In this document: positions 1 to 9,700 of the stretch, piece after piece
Layout: the number at the start of each line of letters is the position of its first letter
How positions within the stretch are numbered: the first letter of the stretch is position 1
Origin: Perna viridis
Lineage: Eukaryota
Direction of reading: 5' to 3'
Length of the DNA: 64,000 nucleotides
Assembly: GCA_037379345.1 (NCBI GenBank)
Contig: CM074513.1
Span: forward strand, 40,420,885 to 40,484,884
Program-made: the position numbers and the translations under genes
Notes under the pieces: generated by a model
Databases searched by the model: none
What the model was told of the DNA's origin: nothing
The model's input: only the letters and a program-made list of their open reading frames with translations

Positions 1-2085
1 ATAAACAGTTGAATGAAACAGGAGAAATAGGAGAATCAAATCATAAATTTTTTGAATGAATTTTATTGTATTTTTTTAATAAGATGAACTTTTGAACAAA
101 GCAAATTTTGATTTTATGTTTATTAAACATTAATGTTGTTAGACCATCATGAATCTTATATACATATGGAGCTGTATACCCATATTCACACTATGTAACA
201 ACTTTTTTTTATAGATCTTTACAAAGTACATTGTTGGCTTTATGAAATTCACTTTTTAGTCCAGATTGCTGAAGACTAGAATTTTTCAACCTTACAGATA
301 ATTATCTGTAGTGAAAAGGTTTGATTTTTAAACATGATCATTATATTGTTTCTAATGTTTCTCTACTACATGTATGTGAGATAAAGTGTTCTCCTCTTTG
401 GAGACTTTTTTGTTCCAGCTGTTGATTATTTTTAATTTCATTGTTAAAACAAATAGTTTTGCTTTATCATGACAAAGAGCACAATCCCTTTTTGGATGTT
501 GACCAGATCAGGTATATACAAAAATCAAAGATCACTGTAGGGATAGAATCATGCTGGTGTCAAACAACAACATTTCTACACTCACACTAGTTCAGTTTTC
601 TACTTTTAAAAGTCGTGCCAAGCCTTACATTTCAAAAATTAAATTATAACTATTTTAATTGTAGAAATGCCATCAATCTTAATTTGTTGGAAAAATTGAT
701 TAATGTTCAGGATTATTTCTTAGGGCTAAACCAATAAATTCATTGAAAAGAAAGCTGTTAGTGTTCCTCTTTCATTATAAAAATGAGCCAAAACAGGGAA
801 AATTGGACACCTGTGAATATGAGCCCTTAAGCTCTAGACTGTGACTTTATATAAAAATATATGACAAAACAGTTGTAAAAATTGTTTTTAGAATGGCCTT
901 AAAGTCATGTCAACACTTTTCTTAGTTTTGGTATGAAAGGCATTTTTTGTGAAAACTACCAGAATTCCCTTTGAGTTAGAATAAAAGGAGGCAGGTGAAA
1001 TAACTGAATAAATGATATAAATTACTGTATATAAATGTTGTTGAGTAGGAAAAGATATGATATGCCAATATCAATATTATGTTTTATTCAGTTAAGGATG
1101 GTATAGTGTAAAGCTTGTTTCCTTAGCTAGGTAATATATGATCAAGTTATTTGTAAAGAATCAAAGATTTCATATGTCATATGGCATATTATCCTACACA
1201 AAGAGATAAATACACCACATGCGTTTAGACTCATTTCCTGTCTTATTTAAAGAATATATATAGAAACTAACACAATAAATATGTTTACATTCCCTTCGTG
1301 TTAGTAATTTTTTGGGGGTCAATGGGACACAACACTATAAACTATTTTGTTAAATCATGGGATATCTGCATAAGAATTTTATATGGTTGTGGAAACTTTC
1401 ATATTTATACCTTGTGTGTGAAAGAGTAATCAAGGGAACCAAGATTTAAAATGTAATCAAAAGAATATATTCCAAGGATAAAGACGAGACAGGAAAAAAT
1501 AGACACACACAACAAATAACACGAAATGACAAAAAATATCACGTACAAAAAATATCAAAGCAAATTGTATTTTGGAATCATTTCTATGAATAAATTTATT
1601 TGTTTATGCTTGAGGAAACAACTATCTAGAAACAAGAAGGGCAAATACTTATGTTGTACACTAATGCCCGAATAGCTCCTATGATTTTTAACTGTATGAA
1701 ATTTGCTGTCTATCTGTACACTGGCTTGTTCCCTTTCTCCTGAAATTCAAATATTAGCTCATTTATACATAACCGTCGGAAGTGAACAACTTACCAATAA
1801 TATACACACTTGTGCAACTATGTTGTAACTTTAGATGAACCCATAAACGGTTTTAAAACAACAGGATTATTTAAAGAATTTAATGACCCCCATCATTTGT
1901 CTCGAGTGTCTTCTGAAGCGCCTGGTTGACCAAAAAATGCTCGGTGCAAATACTTAATACAGGCATGGAAAGAATAATAAAAATCTGAAATTATGTTAAC
2001 CACTGTTCTCTTTTCTAAACGCTCAGATAACCGATTAAGATCCTGAGCATAGGTTTCCTTACAGTTTCCTTTGATTTCCCTTGCA

Positions 2086-2557
2086 CCCCGTGCAGGTCCG
2101 GGTGTCAAAAGAATAGGCCTGCAGCAGCGCTAAGCTTGTCGTAAAAGGCGACTAAATAGTGCTCAGAAACCTAGCCGGGGGCTAGGCGCTCTGCCCACAG
2201 AGCAACTGGGATGTGTGCCCCAGGTGGTGGAATGGGGTACCCCTGGCATGTTACATGCTGGGGTTGTCAGGCTATAATACGGAAAACCTGACCTCAAACC
2301 ATAGTGGTGTTGGGAAAGATGCCACGTTCCTCGCACGTTAAAGAACCCTGCTATGGTATTCGATAGGAGTAGGAAACTTTGCGCTCCGCCACAGGAGGCT
2401 AAATTGCCCGACCTTACCCATCCCTCCCTTTTTCTAGTGGCAATCAAAATTTGTCGACCCTACTGTCCTTGTGTCCCATCCCGTTTTTCTTTTCATCATC
2501 ATTTCATGTTCATCGTCTGAATATAGCTGAAATATTGCTGCTCGGACGTTAAACCCC

Positions 2558-2589
<32 letters not shown>
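2086..2589 (+). mobile_element. SINE-like non-autonomous retroposon, copy 1 (structured non-tRNA head, (CAAT)n tail)
   Basis: Near-identical to 50200-50710. Ends in GACGTTAAACCCCAA+(CAAT)n. Flanked by a 14-bp TSD with one mismatch: TGATTTCCCTTGCA 2072-2085 and TGATTTCCTTTGCA 2590-2603. Confidence 0.88.
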
Positions 2590-2590
<1 letters not shown>

Positions 2591-3666
2591 GATTTCCTTT
2601 GCAAGCATCTGTTTTGTCAGCCAAGTCTTATGATATTATCGGAACACATCATATTTATTATTCTTACAACGAAAAGAAAACATTACATGCTGTGTGTGTC
2701 ATGTTTTTAAACAGATGGGATGTTCAAACTGAATAAAAATGGTTAATAAATTTTACAGTGAAAGCTATTGAATGGCATTTGTAGCAGACTTCGACTTTAG
2801 AAAACGACTTAATACAGAATTGTCGACATTAATTCTTTGTAATGTATTTATTGAAAGCAATGTTAACACTTTTAGTATTATACTTAGTTAGTTCAGAAAT
2901 GCAAATGCACTCTGGCTGACCATGAAGTAGAAATACCACTATTATCTAATATGGGAGCACACCTGAAGGCTGAGCTTGACATATTGAGTTCGAATGAAAT
3001 TGAGAAAATCATCAAATTAAAAGGTTTTGTTAACCCACGGCAGTCCCTAACCAGTTAAACTGAGTTTTGATGGTTGTTGTAATTAAAATGTTTACCTATT
3101 TTTTTTCCAATTGTAGATTCAACAAATATACATGCACGTGCTAAGATAATGAAATTCCAGTTTTAAGTTACAATACATGTATTATCGACACAAGAAGTGC
3201 GCTATAAATATAAACAAATACTTAGGCCAAAACAAAATTTTCAATCAAGGTAAAGTTTTAAGTCTATGAAAAAGTAACACCTATAAAATTCACGTCGTTC
3301 TTTGCTCATATAGTTCGAGGGGAAGTACTGCTCTGTCACTGATAGTGGCCCCAATATGGTTTAAAATACCCGGGATGATACATCATATAAACTTTATAAA
3401 CAATATAAAACCTGTAATACCCAGCATATATTGCACACAAATCACTCAAATTTAATACCAACACGCTTTGAGGAGTATAAAACGACAGCATTAGTAATTT
3501 ATGGATTAGTGCATGTAGACCGGTAACTACATGCAAGGGCTTTAAGACGTATGCTAGCAAATTTTCTATCACTGACCGCTTTTGAGATAATTAGTTGTGT
3601 CTTCTTTTTATATCTAGTTACATCTTTTCTTTTTTTTTTTTCTTTTTTTTTTTAATAAATTTCAGA

Positions 3667-4016
3667 ACTTTCCAATGTACCAGCTTTCTTGGCCACACTT
3701 ACTCATGAATTAACCCCTCCCATCAATTCCATAATAAAGTTCAACTCCGTAAAATCCAACATAAGAGGGTTCTAAAGACGGGTTTCTACATGTTTTCAGT
3801 AAACACCGGATCATACGGAACGCATCTTCATTGTGATCTTTATGTAAACAACTTGATAAAGATGAAAGTCCATACCGATGGTCTTGACACTGGAAGTGCA
3901 AACTCAGTCTTACTACTACAGAAAGCAAATAGAGTCTTCGTGAAAAAAAGATCACACGGAATGAGCGCATGATTGGACGTCAGTGGTCTATGTTCTCCGG
4001 ATATTTCATTGCATGA
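3667..4016 (+). pseudogene. C1q-domain-containing (gC1q) terminal exon, frameshifted and internally deleted
   Basis: After acceptor tttcag (3661-3666), pieces in different frames read PAFLATLT..IIKFNSVKSNIRG / KTGFYMFSV..CDLYVN..SANSVLLLQKANRVFV / QWSMFSGYFIA*. These are the canonical gC1q motifs, but the YxxxTGxFT segment is missing and there are two frameshifts. Confidence 0.75.
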
Positions 4017-5269
4017 ACCTTGAGCTAATGAGAATTTAGCAAGTAAACAAAACAAACAAAACGCAAAAAAAAAAATACCATGTGCACGGTACACACTTTG
4101 TGTAATCAAGTTTTATTGTTTTCTACAATGTTTATATACAGTTTGATGTGCACCTCCTATGGGAAATTTTAATTTACAAAAAAGGTGTTTATCATGTTGA
4201 ACCGTTTTTATGACTCTATGATGTGGACGGCATTACTTCGTGTAATCTGGTAACCTGTAACTTACAAAAGTATCTAACCAATATTATTTAAACCTCACAC
4301 TATACCTATTGTAGATTGCATGTGAACAAACAAAACAATTTTTACAAGTTGAACTTAGCCATTTTTCAGAATAATATACTGTACTTAGTATTATTTCTTT
4401 CAATATAAATTTTGTAACTCCCACGTTAAAAAACACTAAAAGCGATATTGAAGTAAACATAGTATGACGATGACGTAGGTCCAGGTCAATCTTATTTTAT
4501 AGTTGAAATTCACGCGACTGTGAGGATACTCGTGAATCTGACGAAAATAATTTTCAAGCTTTCCTTCCCTTAAAAGGCTATGCAACTTTTTTTTGCATTT
4601 TGCTGACATAGAAATCATATCGAGAATGTATATAGTCTGCATAACAAAAATACTATTTACTACTCAAGTTGTGCGTAAACATTTAAGTCAGACATACACC
4701 ACACCCTAATAAGAATACTTTTACATTGGCAATGATCTACATCATATAGGACTGAATTACTATATTCATCATAAAAATGAGATTCACGTAGGCTTTAATT
4801 GCCATTGGAGCTTGCTGTACAGATGTTTCGTGTTTTTAATTGCTGATAAATGCAATGCCATTATACGTATTGTGAACTTTCCGTTGTTAATTTCGTAGAG
4901 AGCAAAATTTAGGAAAGAAAAACACGAAGTGCATTGTGAGTTAAAATACTCTTTAAAGTCCAAATATTTTTTATTAGTGTCTTAAAGCCATAGAAATAGA
5001 GAAAATTTCAATTGTTGAAAGGACCCTTATGATTAGGCATAGAAAAATCGAAGTTATTCGTCGACTCTATTTTCGTCAAAATTTTTTTGCAGATTTTAGC
5101 GAACACCATGCAAACTATAGATAGAGATATCCTAATGTTATAACGTCTACAAAAGTCGATGTTGTTTGACTTCTCTTTAAAATAAAAATGAACATTTTTG
5201 CGGTCTTTAGTTTGTGTCATGAAAAAACATCTCGGGTAGAAAGACATGCACTTTTACTTGATAAAAACA

Positions 5270-5480
5270 TCCTTTTTTATACAACTGCATTATGTTAACT
5301 TATGATGTTAAATTGTCGTCGTCGTCGTCGTCGTTAATGTTTTCGTTTCTGTTTGATAACGTAAGTTGTATTGAATCGAATGTCATGAAATATTGATATA
5401 TTGTTACTTGTTGCTAGAGGAAGCTTGCTGTTTAAAATATAGCATTGGGAATTTTTAGTATATAGGGACCAAAGTGGTAC
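5270..5480 (+). repeat. Degenerate Helitron/HINE-like repeat with (GTC)n core
   Basis: TTTTTATAC start followed by a (GTC)n microsatellite at about 5315-5333; layout resembles 16525-16680. Confidence 0.3.
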
Positions 5481-6003
5481 CACACACGAAAAAACTTTTA
5501 TTCCTGCTTCGATTATATTTGTTTTCCTCGTGGAAATCTCTGCCTGTATTTTTCAATCAGTTACATGGGGTCAAAGAAAAAAAAGTAATTTTATGAAACA
5601 CCTTTTTTTTCTTCAAATTTTCTTATGACTGAAATGAAATTAAAAAAAATGTTCCTCCTTAGGGCTTTATGCTGGTAGATTTACTCTATCACTGACCGTT
5701 TTTTGAGATAATTAGGAACAAAATGGTTAATGAAAGCACCCTGCTAGCAGAACATATTAATTATACTTAATTACTAAATAAGGTGCAATACTGTATCCAA
5801 ACCAGTTATAGTGTCCACGATGATCTGTAAGTCCTTATGTTTAAGTGTCCATATTTGCCCCAAGCGAATCTAGTTCAAATGGTTAAAATCGTATCATGCA
5901 GCATTTGGCGAAGCTTTTAATACTTTTATGTTCTTCTCTTTGTGTTGTTCCCATTTTATCTATTTCCAGACATCACTTCAACGCAAAACCCCTGATTGTA
6001 CTG

Positions 6004-6692
6004 TGTAGAATTCATTTCCACCGTTAAACCAAATATCATTAATCATCATTTTCGATTATCACTTTTCCATCCAGTGTTATTGTTTACTATTTCGAGTACT
6101 TCCGTTGTAATTTCACGATTGTTTTTCTGTGTTGATTTGGTGGAAATATTATTAATTTGGTGAGTTTTTTACTTTATCTTTGTATAAATATACTTCCGAT
6201 GGTTAATTACATACATTTTGATAATTAGATATAATTTTTGTAGGTTTATTGACTTTAATTTTAATGTTAGGCAGATTGATTTTCGAGTGCACCGCAATTT
6301 TTCACTGTATGTTGGGTGCCGATCGATAAATTATTTTCTCAGTGAAGCTTAATAGCGATTTAATTAATTAAATCTTAATTAAGTTCTTTTTACATATTGT
6401 ATTTTCATGCTTTTGTGTCATTTTCTATTGATTTTCTATTGATATTGTATTACTATTGTGTTTGTATTTTTTGTTTTGATTGGTTATTTTCTTGGTTGAC
6501 GACATAGGTACATTGTATTTCGTTTTTCTATTTTCAGTAAATCGTCAACATCGTCAACATCGTCAACATCATCTATATTTTTGTTCAGCTAATGAAATGT
6601 ACTCTCTGGAATCTCTGGACTCTCTGGTTGTTGTCATTAAAGATGTTACGCATTTACTTATATATTTCCACGCCCATTTGCTAGCCAACACA
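6004..6692 (+). repeat. 5' LTR (689 bp)
   Basis: TGTAGAATTC...GCCAACACA. Matches the 3' LTR except for one extra ATCGTCAAC unit. Confidence 0.96.
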
Positions 6693-6724
6693 TTATTTAC
6701 AAATTAATAATTTATCAAGTGACA

Positions 6725-9700
6725 ATGGATGACAATACGGAAGACTTAGTAGAAGCTAGTAGAGAAAGAAAGCTTACGGAAAAGGGATTGATGTATTCCA
6801 TGAGTCTTTATAGAAACCAACGTACTCGTCTTATAAAATCATTGACAATCCTAAGTGGTGAACTTGAACGATTGATATCGCAACCAGGAGACGTTGATTT
6901 GGTCCGACCAGTGTATTCTAAGTGGATAGGTATATACGAGGAATTACTAGAGACACATGATAAGTACCAAGCAATTTTTACTGACTTGAACGATAAACAA
7001 GTAGACAATGCTTCGTTCCAGGATAAAAATCGAGTCTTTCTATCAACAAATCAATCAGCAAAGGACTGGTTTATATTGAATAAAGCGAAAACAATATCGC
7101 CGCAACATATAGTTCAAGATGATCAGAGATCACACAGATCCGGGAGCGTAAGATCGCACAGGAGTTCAGGTGCAAGGTCCCACAGAAGTGCGAGATCTAG
7201 TAATGCAAGTCATATATCCAAAGCCAAGTTAATGGAAGAACAACGTAAGGTAGAATTGCTAGCAAGAGCCGAAGCGTTAAGTGAGAAGAAACAACTCGAG
7301 GAAGCTAAGTTAAAACTTAAAATTCAAGAAGAAGAATTGGAAATAAAAACGGAGCTTAAAGTTAGTGACGCTAAATCAAAGGTGATAGAGGAGCTGGAGA
7401 AAAGTATGAGAGACGACGATTTGTTAGAATTTAAACTCAATAGACATGAAAATCTAACTGAAGTATCTTACAATCAGAAACCTAGACAATCAGAGGCAAC
7501 ACGTATGAAAACGTATGTACAGGAAGAAACGTCACGTTTAAATCCGCAAGCATCTGAATGGATTCCAAGTAAGTGTACGCCTAGGGTGAAGAACTACGAC
7601 TTAGTAAATAGAAACACACCTGTCGTTCCGTCAGAAAGTATTTCAATAGTCCGCGAGCTGAATAAGCCTCAAATCGACATACAGAAATTTGATGGCAATC
7701 CTATGTTGTTCAATGGATTTAAGAGACAATTTCAAGCTAGAATTGAATCGAATACGGCTTCCTATGATGAACGTTTAACTTACTTGTTACAGTTTACCCT
7801 TGGAGAGCCACATCGTATTGTAAAAGGATTTTCTCACTTGGATGCGGAAACAGGCTATACAGCGTCAATGAATGAACTTCAGGACAGGTACGGTGAGCCG
7901 GATGTGATAGCTAATTCGTTCGTTAGAAAGGCTTTAGATTGGCCCGTGGTTAAGCAAGATAACCCCAAAGCGTTAGATGACTTTTCGATATTTCTTACCG
8001 AGTGTTTGTATGCTGTTCAGAACGTCGATGAGGTCAGGGTGTTAGAATACTCGGACAATATGAAAACTCTAGTTCGAAAACTTCCGTTCAATTTACAAGA
8101 CAAGTGGCGTAATATAGTGTATGAAACAAAGTCACAGCGAAGAACTTTGTTATTTAGTCAACTTGTAGATTTCGTTAAGAGAGAAGCAAAAAAGGCTAAT
8201 GACCCTATTTACGGTAAAGACGTTATGCGTACACCCTCGTCGGTAAAGAAAATTCAAGAATCGAAATCCTCGTCTTATGGTAATCGTAAAACGTTGGCCA
8301 CGTCAGTGGAATCTAACTCTCAAAATGATCGTAACGATAGTACGGACTCAAAACCTAATGCATTTTCGAAACCATGTGTTTACTGTGGAAACTCAAGTCA
8401 TTCACTGAAGATGTGCGACAAGATTACAAGTAAGTCTCTTAAAGACAGATACGATTTTTTCAAGTCTAAAGGTTTCTGTTTCGGTTGTCTGAAATACGGT
8501 CATCAGAAGGTTGTATGTAGTCAGAAGGCAACGTGTTCCGTGTGTAAAAAGGGTCATCCGTCAATTCTTCACGTCGATTCACGTAAACAGAAAGTAAATG
8601 AAACTTGTAATGACAATTCGGTTAGAGATGTTACTAGTTCTGCAACGTCTACAGGGGCTGGAGATGTCGTCCAGCAGGCACTTCCAATATTACCAGTAAG
8701 AATTAAATGTGCGAAAAGTGACAAGTTTGTTGAAACGTACGCTTTTCTTGACTGTGGCAGTACCGCAACGTTTTGCTCAGAAACTATCATGCGCGAATTG
8801 AATGTCGAAGGAAAGAAAACGAAACTCGGTTTGCTTACAATGACACAGACGGAAACGGATGTGAAAGACTGTTACGTAGTTAGTGGTTTGGAAATCAGTG
8901 ACTTAAACGGTAATAATGTTATATCCTTACCGACTATTTTTTCACAGGAGAAATTACCAGTTACTAGTAGTGATATCGTTTCAGTAAGTGACATTTCAAA
9001 TTGGCCACATTTGCGTGATATTCCATTACAAAGGATTAGTAACGATCACGTTGGACTCTTAATCGGAGTTAATGTTCCTCGTGCAATGGAGCCGTGGAGT
9101 GTGGTACCGTGTGCTAATGGTGGACCTTTCGCGGTTGAGACTGTGCTTGGCTGGGTAATAAACGGTCCGTTGAATGTTTCTAGAGATGAAAATACTTCTT
9201 GTAATTTCGTCAGAGCCAATCGCATCAGTGCGTCAGTTGTGTCCGAGAATCGTATAGACGTTTCGCTGGAAGATCAAATTCGCAATCAGTTTGACTTTGA
9301 CTTTTGTGAAAGGACTATTGATGATGTCAATTCGCCTTCCGTAGAAGACCGTAAATTTCTAGATAATGTTTCAAGATCGATAACTCTCGAAAATGGACAC
9401 TATATTATAGACCTCCCGTTTAGGTCGAACGAAAACGCGATGCCGAATAATCGTAGGCAGGCAGAACAGAGGTTGATGTTACTGGGTAAGCGTTTTGAAA
9501 AAGACAAACACTTTCAAGATGAGTATGTAACGTTCATGAAAAAAGTTTTAGGTGAAGGATATGCGTCGGAGGTATCATCAGAAGATTTGTTAAAGGACGA
9601 TGGTCATGTATGGTATCTACCACATCACGGTGTGTATCACCCACGTAAGAACAAGATCAGAGTGGTTTTCGATTGTGCGGCAAGATTCCAAGGTACGTCA

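Noticed and set aside
1-1290. Possible 3' UTR of an upstream gene (AATAAA near 1274)
   Set aside because: No coding or splice evidence inside the window.
1893-2108. Minus-strand 71-aa ORF, possibly an exon disrupted by the SINE
   Set aside because: No recognisable domain, and a stop appears once the SINE is removed.
2086-2170. Canonical HDV-like ribozyme
   Set aside because: A GAC-TAA motif follows a hairpin, but the stems are consecutive or nested rather than in the P1-P2-P3-P1-P4-P2 pseudoknot order. Kept only as an unknown structured RNA.
6480-6707. 75-aa ORF and its twin at 13286-13567
   Set aside because: Both lie inside the LTRs, start at a non-ATG codon and have no protein features.
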